Notes: a model not told the origin generated them from the letters alone. A DNA stretch of 23,435 nucleotides from an uncultured Gemmatimonadales bacterium (GCA_963842945.1 CAWJIM010000007.1:1-23435), one strand, 5' to 3'. Counted from the first letter of the stretch, positions 8,519-17,880 are shown. Translations and numbers: made by a program.

Positions 8519-8535
8519 CCACAACGAGAGGCCCC

Positions 8536-10899
8536 ATGAGTTCTCAGGACACCATCCAACGGTCGATTCTTCCGATCCCGGACGCGCAACACGTGGGATT
8601 GACCACCTACGATGCCAAGGATCCGGACACAAAATTTCCAGCCATCGAGCCGCTCCGGCCGCCCAAGGGAGCGCCGAACGTCCTGGTCATCCTGATCGAC
8701 GACTGCGGCTTTGGCGCTACCAGCGCCTTTGGTGGGCCGGTCGCGACGCCGAACGCAGAACGGCTGGCGAAGAGCGGGCTCAAGCTGAATCGCTTTCACA
8801 CCACCGCCCTCTGCTCTCCCACCCGCCAGGCGCTGCTGACCGGGCGGAACCACCATTCGGTGAACATGGGCGGCATCTGCGAGATCGCGACCTCGGCGCC
8901 CGGCTATACCTCGATCCTGCCGAAGAACAAGGCGCCGCTCGCGATGACCCTCAAGCTCAACGGCTACGCGACGGCGCAGTTCGGCAAGTGCCACGAGGTC
9001 CCGGTCTGGGAGACCAGTCCGATGGGACCCTTCGATCAGTGGCCGACCGGTGGTGGCGGCTTCGAGTACTTCTACGGTTTCATCGGTGGTGAGACCAACC
9101 AGTGGTACCCCGCCATCTACGAAGGCACCACGCCGATGGAACAGGGCAAGACCCCGGAGGAGGGCTACCACTTCACCGAAGACATGACCAACAAGGCGAT
9201 CGGCTGGATTCGACGGCAGAAGGCGCTGATGTCCGACAAGCCCTTCTTCATCTATTTCGCACCGGGCGCCACCCACGCCCCCCATCACGTCCCCAAGGAA
9301 TGGATCGACAAGTACAAGGGCAAGTTCGACCAGGGTTGGGACAAGGTGCGGGAGGCGACCTTTGCCCGGCAGAAGCAGCTGGCTGTGATTCCGGCCGACG
9401 CGGTTCTCACCAAGCGGCCGGAGGAGATTCCCGCCTTCGACGACATGCCCGAAGAGCTGAAGCCGATTCTGGCCCGCGAGATGGAAGTCTATGCCGGGTT
9501 CCTCGAGCACACCGACTACCACGTCGGCCGCTTGTTCGACACCCTGAAGGATCTGGAGATCCTGGATGACACGCTGATCTACTACATCTTTGGGGACAAC
9601 GGCGCCTCCGCGGAGGGTACGCTGAACGGCTGCTTTAATGAGGTGGCCGTGCTCAACGGCATGGGTACGATCGAGACCCCCGAGTTCCTCATGAGCAAGA
9701 TCGATGACTTCGGCGGACCGCATGCATACAACCACTACGCGGTGGGCTGGGCCCATGCCATGAACACGCCCTACCAGTGGACCAAGCAGGTGGCGTCGCA
9801 CTTCGGCGGTACCCGCAACGGTACGATTGTGCACTGGCCCAAGGGCATAAAAGGTAAGGGCGAGATCCGGTCTCAGTTCTGCCACGTGATCGATCTCGCG
9901 CCCACCGTTCTGGAGGCCTCAGGGCTGCCGCATCCGACCATCGTGAACAGCGCGCAGCAGGCCCCGTTCGAGGGCAGGAGCATGATGTACGCCTTCAAGG
10001 ACGCCAAGGCGGCTGAGCAGCGGGAGACCCAGTACTTCGAGATGTTCTGTAACCGGGGGATCTATCACAAGGGCTGGACCGCGGTGACCCGGCATGGGAT
10101 CCCCTGGGTCGGCTCCTACAAGCGCGCCTTCGACGAGGATGTCTGGGAGCTATACGATACCAACTCCGACTGGAGCCAATCGAAGGATTTGGCCAAGGAG
10201 CAGCCGAAGAAGCTGGCCGAGCTCCAGCGGCTATTTCTAATCGAGGCGGCCAAATACAATGTCATTCCGCTCGACGATCGGACGTTCGAGCGCTTCAACC
10301 CCGACCTCGCCGGCCGCCCGCAGCTGATCAAGGGCAACTCGCAAATCCTGTTCGGCGGCATGGCCCGGCTGAGCGAGGGCTCCCTTGTCGTCACCCACAA
10401 CAAATCGTATTCGCTGACCGCGGAGATCGAGGTGCCGAAATCCGGCGCGAAAGGCGTCATCGTGGCACTGGGTGGCGACGTGGGCGGCTGGAGTCTCTAC
10501 GCCCATAACGGGAAGCTGAAGCACTGCTACAACTTCTTCGGCATCACGCGGTACTATACCGAAGGCAGTAAGCCAATTCCCCCCGGCAAGCACCAGGTTC
10601 GGATGGAGTTCCAGTACGATGGGGGCGGCCTGGCCAAGGGCGGCGACGTGGCGCTCTTCGTGGACGGAAAGAAAGACGGCGAGGGGCGGGTCGAGATGAC
10701 GGTCCCGATGCTGTTCTCCGCCGATGAGACCTGCGACCTAGGTAAGGAAACGGGGTCGACGGTGTCTCCGGACTACGCCCCGGCTCACAACGATTTCAGC
10801 GGCGAGGTCAACTGGGTCCAGATCGACCTAGAGAAAGAAGATCAGGACCACCTCATCACGGCGGAAGAGCGCTTCCGGGTCGCGATGGCCGTGCAGTAG
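8536..10899 (+). CDS. Arylsulfatase (Cys-type, formylglycine-dependent S1 family; long form with C-terminal beta-sandwich)
   Basis: PNVLVILIDDCG, LCSPTRQALLTGR, FGKCH, HAPHH, GDNG and HFGGTRN motifs; GAGAGG RBS; no signal peptide. Confidence 0.96.
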   Translation: MSSQDTIQRSILPIPDAQHVGLTTYDAKDPDTKFPAIEPLRPPKGAPNVLVILIDDCGFGATSAFGGPVATPNAERLAKSGLKLNRFHTTALCSPTRQALLTGRNHHSVNMGGICEIATSAPGYTSILPKNKAPLAMTLKLNGYATAQFGKCHEVPVWETSPMGPFDQWPTGGGGFEYFYGFIGGETNQWYPAIYEGTTPMEQGKTPEEGYHFTEDMTNKAIGWIRRQKALMSDKPFFIYFAPGATHAPHHVPKEWIDKYKGKFDQGWDKVREATFARQKQLAVIPADAVLTKRPEEIPAFDDMPEELKPILAREMEVYAGFLEHTDYHVGRLFDTLKDLEILDDTLIYYIFGDNGASAEGTLNGCFNEVAVLNGMGTIETPEFLMSKIDDFGGPHAYNHYAVGWAHAMNTPYQWTKQVASHFGGTRNGTIVHWPKGIKGKGEIRSQFCHVIDLAPTVLEASGLPHPTIVNSAQQAPFEGRSMMYAFKDAKAAEQRETQYFEMFCNRGIYHKGWTAVTRHGIPWVGSYKRAFDEDVWELYDTNSDWSQSKDLAKEQPKKLAELQRLFLIEAAKYNVIPLDDRTFERFNPDLAGRPQLIKGNSQILFGGMARLSEGSLVVTHNKSYSLTAEIEVPKSGAKGVIVALGGDVGGWSLYAHNGKLKHCYNFFGITRYYTEGSKPIPPGKHQVRMEFQYDGGGLAKGGDVALFVDGKKDGEGRVEMTVPMLFSADETCDLGKETGSTVSPDYAPAHNDFSGEVNWVQIDLEKEDQDHLITAEERFRVAMAVQ

Positions 10900-10906
10900 G
10901 ATTTCT

Positions 10907-12095
10907 ATGGCCTCAACAACGGCAACCGGATCGCCAGAGTTTTCATTGGTCCTGGGCGGGCCGCTGTATCAACTCTGGCGACGGACTCGTCTGTGCGGAG
11001 ACGCTCTGCAGCTCACGCGGCGCCGGATCGTCGTGCTGACGGTCCTGGCCTGGGTGCCCCTGCTGGTCCTCTCCGCCCTGCAAGGATATGTCTGGGGCGG
11101 CGTGGAGCTGCCCTTCCTCTACGACGTCGAACTGCACGCCCGCCTGCTGCTGGCGATGCCCCTTTTGATCCTGGCCGAACTGGCCGTGCACCGACGCTTG
11201 CGCGCGAACGGTGGAGCAGTTTGTCGAGCGGGTTCTGATTCCCGATTCGCAACGGGCGGCCTTCAAGGCGGCCGTCACCTCCGCTATGCGGCTGCGCAAT
11301 TCGGTCTGGGTGGAGGCGCTGCTCCTCATCCTGGTCTACGTCGTCGGAGTCGGATTTCTCTGGCGGAGGCAGATGGCCCTCCCCGTACCGAGCTGGCACG
11401 GGGCCATTGTCGACGGGATATGGCGCCCGTCGCTCGCCGGCTGGTGGCTGGGCCTGGTGAGCCTGCCGTTGTTTCAGTTCCTTCTGCTGCGCTGGTATTT
11501 CCGGTTGTTCATCTGGGCGCGTTTCCTCTGGCAGGTGTCGCGAATCGAACTGAATCTCATGCCAACGCATCCCGACCGCGCCGGAGGCTTGGGCTTCCTT
11601 GCCAGCGTGAGTCGCACGTTTGCGACGGTGCTGCTGGCCCAAGGCGTATTGCTGGCGGGGCTGATGGCCAACCGGATCTTCTACGCCGGCGCGACCCTGC
11701 CCCAGTTCAAGGTGGAGCTGATCGGGCTGGTGACCGTCATGGTGTTTGCCATACTGGGACCTTTGCTCGTGTTCATGCGCCAGCTCGAAGCCGCCCAGCG
11801 CGCCGGTTCGCGCAAATACGGCGTACTGGCTCAGCGATACATGCGCGAGTTCGACGGCAAGTGGGTGCGGGCAGAGGCGCCGCCAGGCGAGCCGCTGCTC
11901 GGAAGCTCCGATATCCAGTCGATGGCGGACATGGGAAACAGCTACGACGTGGTGAAGGAGATGAGGTGGATTCCGTTCACGCTGTCGACCGTCGTGCAGT
12001 TGGCGGTGACCACCCTCCTGCCTGTGCTGCCGCTGGGGTTGACGATGTTCTCGGCCGAGGAGTTTCTCGACCGCCTGCTTAAGGTCGTATTCTAG
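10907..12095 (+). CDS. Conserved multi-pass membrane protein of unknown function; +1 frameshift at about 11207
   Basis: AGGA RBS. The FSLVLGGPLYQL N-terminus in one frame continues as VEQFVERVLIP...HPDRAGGLGFL...LLGSSDIQSMAD in the next. Removing one A of AA at 11207-8 gives HRRLRATVEQF. Confidence 0.82.
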
Positions 12096-13228
12096 CCCGC
12101 CTCGTAGTATTCGGCTGGATCACCACTTGCTGCGGAAGAGTTTGGGCGCAAGGGGTAGAAACCTCCGACATCTCCTCGATCGAGCCGGCGCCTGGAACTG
12201 TCGAAAGCACTGCCGAAGAAGGATCTGGGGTTACCCCGCTGGTGGCACCACTGCCGTTTCGGAACTCGCAGATCGGCTGGGGCATGGCCCTGATGCTGGG
12301 CCTGATTCACCGGTTCGATGCCGATACCACCATCAAGCCTTCTACCGGAGCCATTGTCGGTCTCGCCAGCGAGAATGGCAGTTGGGGCGTCATGGCGATG
12401 GAGATGGCGCGCCTCGGCCGGGACAGCTGGCGGGCCCGCGGCGTGGCCGGCTACATGGACCTACAGTACGATTTCTATGGAATCGGCATCGACGCCGGAG
12501 AAGCGGGTCAATCGGTGCCGATAGAACAGACGTTTTTTGTGGCCTCGGGTGCCCTGCTCCGCCGTGTCGCCAACGGACTCTACCTCGGGGGTCAAGTCGT
12601 CTGGCTGACCACCACCGTCACACCCCAGGACTCGGCGGGACCGAATCAGCCCGCGCTGCCCGATCAGGCCAACACGGAGCTCCTGGCGGGCGGCCTTCAG
12701 GCGGAGTTCGATACCCGGGACGACGACTACTGGCCCCAGCGAGGGTCGTTGGCGCAGCTCAAGGGGAACTTCTTCACTACAACCACCGGAGAGTCGGGCT
12801 CATTTCAACGCTACCAGGCGGCCTGGTCCTGGTATCACGGCTTCAAGGGGCCACGCCTGGTGCTAGCCACGAACCTCCTCGCCTGCGGAGCGCCGGGAGA
12901 TGCTCCGTTCTACGGCCTCTGCTCGCTGGGCACCGGCCGTTTCTCCGTGCGGGGGTACACCCAGGGGCGTTACAGGGATCACTACACTACCGCGGTTCAG
13001 GTGGAGCTGCGCGGTCACACCGCGGGTCGACTGGGTGCCGTGCTTTTTGGGGGTTTCTCGCAGGTGGCCCCGGAAATTTCGGAGATTCTCAATTCGGAGC
13101 TGCTTCCAGCCGGCGGCGCTGGTCTCCGCTTTCAACTAACCCGGAAATATCCGATGCACCTGCGGCTGGATTATGCCTGGGGCCGTGACGGCGGGCTGCT
13201 GTACTTCTCGGTGGGCGAGGCCATCTGA
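12089..13228 (+). CDS. Omp85/BamA-TamA-like outer membrane beta-barrel protein without POTRA domains (start uncertain; first canonical start is GTG 12242)
   Basis: DTRDDDYWPQRG, VRGYTQGRYRD (VRGY loop-6 motif), GAGLRF, LRLDYAWG and YFSVGEAI motifs. The frame is open from 12083 with a signal-like LARLVVFGWITTCCGRVWA-Q. Confidence 0.85.
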   Translation: MLARLVVFGWITTCCGRVWAQGVETSDISSIEPAPGTVESTAEEGSGVTPLVAPLPFRNSQIGWGMALMLGLIHRFDADTTIKPSTGAIVGLASENGSWGVMAMEMARLGRDSWRARGVAGYMDLQYDFYGIGIDAGEAGQSVPIEQTFFVASGALLRRVANGLYLGGQVVWLTTTVTPQDSAGPNQPALPDQANTELLAGGLQAEFDTRDDDYWPQRGSLAQLKGNFFTTTTGESGSFQRYQAAWSWYHGFKGPRLVLATNLLACGAPGDAPFYGLCSLGTGRFSVRGYTQGRYRDHYTTAVQVELRGHTAGRLGAVLFGGFSQVAPEISEILNSELLPAGGAGLRFQLTRKYPMHLRLDYAWGRDGGLLYFSVGEAI

Positions 13229-13268
13229 GGAGCGCTCCAACGAACCTTGACTGAGATCAACGAAGGTT

Positions 13269-13625
13269 TCAGCTGTGCGGGATAGCACCCTCCCGATGCC
13301 GCTCCTGTAGCTCGGCGAGGTCTCGATCGAGGAAGAAGTTGAGGAAGGTCCGGATCACGGCGACCGCCCCGAGCCGGGCGACCGCCTCCCAGTGATGGGT
13401 GATAGAGGTCTCCACGATGTCGGCGCCGAGCTGGAAGGTGAGCGCAGCAACCAGCCAGCGGGCGTAGCGGAGCCACACGTCGCGCCGCGCCGGCCACGGG
13501 CCTCCGGCCAGGAGCAGCCGGACTACGCCAACGATCGCCTCCACCGATCCCGCTAACACCATTAACAGCGCGAGGCCGTTGAGGAAGGCGATGGAGATTT
13601 CGGTCACGTGCGTTAGCCAGCTCAT
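13269..13625 (-). CDS. DUF1622 family membrane protein
   Basis: 118 aa; LVAALTFQLGADIVETSI...W..VARLGAVAVIRTFLNFFLDRDL signature. Confidence 0.9.
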   Translation of the reverse strand: MSWLTHVTEISIAFLNGLALLMVLAGSVEAIVGVVRLLLAGGPWPARRDVWLRYARWLVAALTFQLGADIVETSITHHWEAVARLGAVAVIRTFLNFFLDRDLAELQERHREGAIPHS

Positions 13626-13661
13626 CGGCTTGACGATCCGGTGAGCCGGCGCAGACTGAAA

Positions 13662-13677
13662 CTGTCAGTTGTGACAG
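13662..13677. promoter_or_regulatory. Palindromic activator box 4 (CTGTCAG-TT-GTGACAG), possibly bidirectional
   Basis: Minus strand reads CTGTCAC-AA-CTGACAG-TTTC. Hexamers lie 23 nt away on both sides: CATCCT at 13701-13706 (+) and GATCGT at 13638-13633 (-). Confidence 0.72.
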
Positions 13678-13758
13678 TGCCCGGACCGCCCCATTCTCGG
13701 CATCCTCTCGCCATGCGGTGGATCCGGGCCCCGACCCTCTTGCGCGCAAGGTGGTACC

Positions 13759-14625
13759 ATGTGGCGCTTCCTCGTTTTCGCGGCCGGCCTCACCCCAGTG
13801 CTCGCCTCAGCTGCGGCCGCCCAGGAGCCGGACTCCCGCCTGTACCCGAAATGGGAGCTCGATGCCTCGGCTACGCTCCTGCTGCTGGGCGAAAACATCC
13901 GGATCGATCCCCAGAATCAGGAGGGCGAAGGCAGCGAGATCGATGCCGAAGATGCGCTCGGCGTTTCCGGGACCAGTTTCCAGCCCCGTGCGGCTTTGCG
14001 CTGGCGGCCCGGCAAGCGGCATGAGCTGGAGCTGGGATATCTCCGCGCCGTCCGTTCGGCCGAGAAGGTGCTGGTCGACACCCTGACCTTTTCCGATACC
14101 ACTTTTGACGCCGGGCTCAGGCTCAACTCGAACCTCAGAACCAGTCAGGCGTTCCTGACCTACCGCTACAGCTTCCGGGCCCGGCCCGAGAGTCAAATCG
14201 GGGCCGCCGTAGGCCTGGGTGCCATTTTCTTGAAGAGCGAGCTCAATGCGGTGGCGGGGGCCACCCAGGGTGGGCCTGATACCGCGATCGTCGAGAGATC
14301 GAAGACCACCAGCTTTACCGCCCCTACGCTTTCACTGGGACTCTATGGCCGGTGGAAGCTGGGCGAGAAGTGGTACCTGGAATCCGATGCGCGGGGAGTC
14401 TATTTCAAGGTCGAGAACTTCAAGGCCGGGGTGGCCGAACTGGGACTGGCCGCACGGCGCTTCTTCAGCGAGAAATTCGGAGCGGAACTGGGATATAACC
14501 TCGGCTTCTACACGGTGACTCTGGAGAAGACCAGCGAGGAGAGCGCCTTCCTCAACATCGACGTGGCGGGAAAGATCAAGTACACGGTGAACGGCTTTCG
14601 GGGAGGCATAGTCTGGATTTTCTAG
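13759..14625 (+). CDS. Outer membrane beta-barrel protein, hypothetical
   Basis: Signal peptide ending AAA-Q; alternating amphipathic strands; C-terminal GGIVWIF. Confidence 0.85.
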   Translation: MWRFLVFAAGLTPVLASAAAAQEPDSRLYPKWELDASATLLLLGENIRIDPQNQEGEGSEIDAEDALGVSGTSFQPRAALRWRPGKRHELELGYLRAVRSAEKVLVDTLTFSDTTFDAGLRLNSNLRTSQAFLTYRYSFRARPESQIGAAVGLGAIFLKSELNAVAGATQGGPDTAIVERSKTTSFTAPTLSLGLYGRWKLGEKWYLESDARGVYFKVENFKAGVAELGLAARRFFSEKFGAELGYNLGFYTVTLEKTSEESAFLNIDVAGKIKYTVNGFRGGIVWIF

Positions 14626-14657
14626 GCTTCACCGGAATGTCGTTTGCCAGGTCCAAC

Positions 14658-15200
14658 CTATTTCACGCTGTACCCCTTCCCTTCCAGGCATGCGCTCATC
14701 CCCTTCTTGAACGCGTCGATCTTCCCGGCTGCCTCTCCCTGGGCCCCGGCCACCGCCTGCTGCTCCGCCTGCTTGCTGGCCTGCTTCTTGGCCCGTCGGC
14801 CCTTGACGGCTCCCGCCGCCGCCCCGATCGCGGCACCTGTGCCGGCGTCGCCGGCAATTCCCCCGACGATGGCTCCGCCCGCAGCTCCGCCGGCCGCACC
14901 TTTGACTGCCGCCCCGTGCGTCGCGGTATCGGCGGCCGCCTTCCCCGCTGCTGCCGCGGAGTCGGTGTTCACTGTTACGGCTGCGGGATCGATTCCGGTC
15001 TCCGATTTGGACCAATCGTAGCAGGCCTTCTCGTCCGCAGCCTGCTGCTCCTTGGTCTGGTCCTTGGCGGGAAACACCACCAGGCCCAGCTGGCTCGAGA
15101 TTGAAGCCGACGCGGGGGCTGCTGTCTGGGCTCCGGCCGGCTTACTCCCTATTCCCAGCGCCCACGCCAGCAGCAGCGTGGCGTAGAAAACTTTTCTCAT
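14658..15200 (-). CDS. Secreted glycine-zipper (YMGG-like) protein
   Basis: AGGAAGGG RBS before ATG 15200; signal peptide; FPAKDQTKEQQAADEKACYDW, GAAGGAAGGAIVGGIAGDAGTGAAIGA and ACLEGKGYSVK motifs. Confidence 0.88.
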   Translation of the reverse strand: MRKVFYATLLLAWALGIGSKPAGAQTAAPASASISSQLGLVVFPAKDQTKEQQAADEKACYDWSKSETGIDPAAVTVNTDSAAAAGKAAADTATHGAAVKGAAGGAAGGAIVGGIAGDAGTGAAIGAAAGAVKGRRAKKQASKQAEQQAVAGAQGEAAGKIDAFKKGMSACLEGKGYSVK

Positions 15201-15226
15201 GCTGCCCTTCCTGAAAACGACCCACT

Positions 15227-15895
15227 CTAGAAGGCGAACACCAGGCCGCCGGTCCACTGGCCCTGGTTCACCCAGGCCGTCCCTTCACCCGCGACACAGG
15301 CATAGAACCCGCACCAGACCCCGTAATCGCCCGAGGGAACCGGCGTTACCCAGAGCTTGATGTCGCTGCGGATGCCGATCCGCTGGCTGGAGAACATGTA
15401 CTTGGCCCCGCCGCCGACGCTCCAGGAGAAGCGGGTACTGGAACCGATTCCTTCCGCCTTGGGATCGAGAACGTTGATTCCGAGGGAGCCGGTGATGAAG
15501 GGCCGCAGCTTCTCCGAGTGCCCGAACTCCTGCCGTCCGCCGATCTGGACGTAATTGAACGCGAAGCCGCCGGGCAGAGGTACGTTCGCTCCTCCCCCAG
15601 CCGGATCGAACTCGATGTCGCTATCCTGCCGGGAGTAGAGCAGCTCGACGGCAGATCCCATAGTGGCCAGGAAGCTGACGACCAAGCCCCAGGAGAACGA
15701 ATCGGGCACCCGGAGTTCTCCCGCTCCCAGCGCGCCGCCTGTGTTGGTCTCGAATGCGCCGCCAAACGACCAGGCCGCAAACGGCGTGAGCTCGAAGCGG
15801 CTGTGGTGCACCTCCTGCAATTGCGCTGCTGCCGGCGCCGCTGTGAGCCACAGCGCTGCAACGCCACTGACAAGGGGGAAGATACGGCATCTCAT
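15227..15895 (-). CDS. Outer membrane beta-barrel protein (8-stranded OmpA/OmpW-like barrel)
   Basis: GAGG RBS before ATG 15895; signal peptide ending AAA-Q; FELTPFA, LRPFITGSLG and FSWSVGGGAKY strands; C-terminal GLVFAF. Confidence 0.85.
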   Translation of the reverse strand: MRCRIFPLVSGVAALWLTAAPAAAQLQEVHHSRFELTPFAAWSFGGAFETNTGGALGAGELRVPDSFSWGLVVSFLATMGSAVELLYSRQDSDIEFDPAGGGANVPLPGGFAFNYVQIGGRQEFGHSEKLRPFITGSLGINVLDPKAEGIGSSTRFSWSVGGGAKYMFSSQRIGIRSDIKLWVTPVPSGDYGVWCGFYACVAGEGTAWVNQGQWTGGLVFAF

Positions 15896-15993
15896 GGTGT
15901 GCCTCACTGGGTTCGTAAATGGATGCTTGGCACAGCTCGGCTCAGCCGCCGGGCCGACGGGTACAGGGTACGGTGTTCCGGGTGCTGGGGTAA

Positions 15994-16009
15994 CTGTTAG
16001 TTCTTACAG
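15994..16009 (-). promoter_or_regulatory. Palindromic activator box 5 (CTGTAAG-AA-CTAACAG-TTAC) with -10 TACCCT at 15970-15965
   Basis: Consensus match; 23-nt spacer; internal promoter upstream of the 15895 gene. Confidence 0.75.
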
Positions 16010-16024
16010 GGCAAGGCTCCAGCC

Positions 16025-17167
16025 TCACCACCCCACGGTGTACTGCGCGCCCAGCGTGTAGTCCACCTGATCGGCATGCAGCTGGGCGGCGCGATAGCCG
16101 GTGGACCAGGTGCCCCGCCGGTTCACCATCCTCAGCCGGAGCGCCAGGTTGGAGACAACTTCCCAGGCGAGGGTCAACCGCTCCAGTTGCTCTCTCCCCC
16201 GGGGCGCGAGCGATTGGTCGCCGAAGGCCACCATGCGGTCCAGCGTGACGGTCAGAGGGATCCGGACGTCGGTGAGCCCTCCATTGAACGAAATGAAGTT
16301 GGTCAGCTCCTGCATGACGCCCCTTCCGTTGCCATAAACTCCGATCTGCGTGCTGACGGTCAGGCCCTTGAGCATGATAGCCGGCCCTATGCTCGCTCGA
16401 TAGGCGGTCCCACTGCTGAGGGCAACATTCCCGGCGGTGGGCTGCCAATCCGCGTGAATAGTGCCGAGGTGGACCGCCAGTCCGTACCCCATACCACCCG
16501 AGCCACGCTTGATCTCCCGAGAGAGGTCGAGTGAGGCCGCTCGGGCCCCTGACCCAAAGGAGCCTTCCAGCCGGGCACTCAAACCGGCGACCGCGAGCTC
16601 CGCCTGCAGATTGAGCTCCGAGGCGCTCTGAGCGCCGCGCTGGGTCGGGCTTCGATCGGGGCCGCGGATCGCCCGCTGGCTGAAGTTTGTGCTCCAGCCG
16701 CCGGTGATCGCCACAGAGCGCCGGTTTCTTTCCGGCAGCAGAACCGAGAGCTCGTGGTAGTAGGACTCGCAGGCGTGGCGGCGGCAGACCTGAACCTTGA
16801 GCGGCTTCTTCACCACATTGAGGAGCCGGCCCTCGTGGCGCACTGCATAGCGCATGACCGGCAGGCTGTCCCCGAAATCCGATTGGAGCCAGGTCTGGAG
16901 CTTGGACCCGGTGGCCGAGTACCGGTCCAGCTCGTTGGCCGAGCTGACCACGATACTATCCGCGGAAGGACTGGTAACGCTGAGGTGGATCGGGCCGTCC
17001 GCCCGGCTGACCCCAGGGTTGAGGTGCAGCCGGACGGGGGCGGGGCCGCCCGAGAGATTGATGGTCGTCGCTGCCGGAGTGCTACAGGCCTGAAGTGCTA
17101 ACGAGCCCGGCACCGGCCCGAGCGACAGCAACGTCCACCGGAGCTTCCTGCAGAGTGCTGCTGGCAA
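16025..17167 (-). CDS. Hypothetical outer membrane protein (lipobox-like N-terminus, C-terminal beta-barrel); start uncertain
   Basis: 380-aa ORF filling the gap between neighbouring genes; LALQA-C; amphipathic strands ending YTLGAQYTVGW; overlaps the upstream gene by 86 nt. Confidence 0.65.
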   Translation of the reverse strand: MPAALCRKLRWTLLSLGPVPGSLALQACSTPAATTINLSGGPAPVRLHLNPGVSRADGPIHLSVTSPSADSIVVSSANELDRYSATGSKLQTWLQSDFGDSLPVMRYAVRHEGRLLNVVKKPLKVQVCRRHACESYYHELSVLLPERNRRSVAITGGWSTNFSQRAIRGPDRSPTQRGAQSASELNLQAELAVAGLSARLEGSFGSGARAASLDLSREIKRGSGGMGYGLAVHLGTIHADWQPTAGNVALSSGTAYRASIGPAIMLKGLTVSTQIGVYGNGRGVMQELTNFISFNGGLTDVRIPLTVTLDRMVAFGDQSLAPRGREQLERLTLAWEVVSNLALRLRMVNRRGTWSTGYRAAQLHADQVDYTLGAQYTVGW

Positions 17168-17762
17168 AGACCTTCTCTTTCTTCATCTGGCTGACGGTAG
17201 CGTCGACGATGTCATTGACCAGCTTCCGCACCGAGTCTGGATTGTAGGTCTTGGTGCGGCTGGCCCAGACCAGTTTGTTCTGGGTCAGCGAATAGACGTT
17301 CGACTCCACGCTCACCACCTGGTCCTGTTGGACGTAGCCGGGAGAGTAGGCGTACCCCCAGCCCGTGCCCCAGTAGCCCCACATCGACCCGTACGCCGAC
17401 GGGACCACATAGGACGAACCCGGGACGTAGGTGGTCTCCTGGTCGACCGCCACCGGACGCATCACCACGGCGCCGTCGAAGTTTTGCGCTATGACCAGCG
17501 CCCGGGCCTTTTCCTGGTCCCGCAGAACCTCATCCGGAATAACCGAGTAGGCCGCTACCCCATTCCCCAGCTTCTTGGCCAGCTCGTCCTCCGCCGCGCG
17601 GCGCATACCCACGTCCTTACTGATGAAGACCGCAAGAACCTTCTTGAACTTTTGCGGCTGCATCGTGGGCTCTTTCCAGGAGTTCACCACCTCCGTATTC
17701 GGTGCGCAGGCACCGAGCAGGAGGCTGAGCGCGAGAGCAGGGTGAGTTCGGGTAATTCGCAT
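17082..17762 (-). CDS. Lipoprotein, DUF4136-like
   Basis: AGGAGAG RBS; lipobox LLLGA-C; SWKEP...KKVLAV...RRAAEDEL; Y/W/G-rich loop; KLVWASRT motif. Confidence 0.85.
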   Translation of the reverse strand: MRITRTHPALALSLLLGACAPNTEVVNSWKEPTMQPQKFKKVLAVFISKDVGMRRAAEDELAKKLGNGVAAYSVIPDEVLRDQEKARALVIAQNFDGAVVMRPVAVDQETTYVPGSSYVVPSAYGSMWGYWGTGWGYAYSPGYVQQDQVVSVESNVYSLTQNKLVWASRTKTYNPDSVRKLVNDIVDATVSQMKKEKVFASSTLQEAPVDVAVARAGAGLVSTSGL

Positions 17763-17842
17763 ACTCTCTCCTGGTGATTGAGATCGAGTCGGTCAGCGGT
17801 ATTCCGGTAACTCACGGTAGAGTCCGGTACTGCCAAGGGAAA

Positions 17843-17858
17843 CTGTTAGTTCTAACAG
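17843..17858 (-). promoter_or_regulatory. Palindromic activator box 6 (CTGTTAG-AA-CTAACAG-TTTC, perfect 7-2-7) with -10 TACCGT at 17819-17814
   Basis: Perfect inverted arms; 23-nt spacer; upstream of the 17762 gene. Confidence 0.8.
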
Positions 17859-17880
17859 CAGTGTCCTCCGACCTCCGCCA

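Noticed and set aside
13229..13238. GGAGCGCTCC palindrome between convergent genes
   Set aside because: Too short for a terminator and has no U-tract; likely chance at this GC content.
17843..17858. Boxes as LexA/SOS boxes (CTGT-N8-ACAG)
   Set aside because: Some sites fit the gammaproteobacterial SOS consensus, but there are no DNA-repair genes. The conserved inner AG-AA-CT differs from the AT-repeat spacer, and the fixed position upstream of -35 suits an activator. Disfavoured but not fully excluded.
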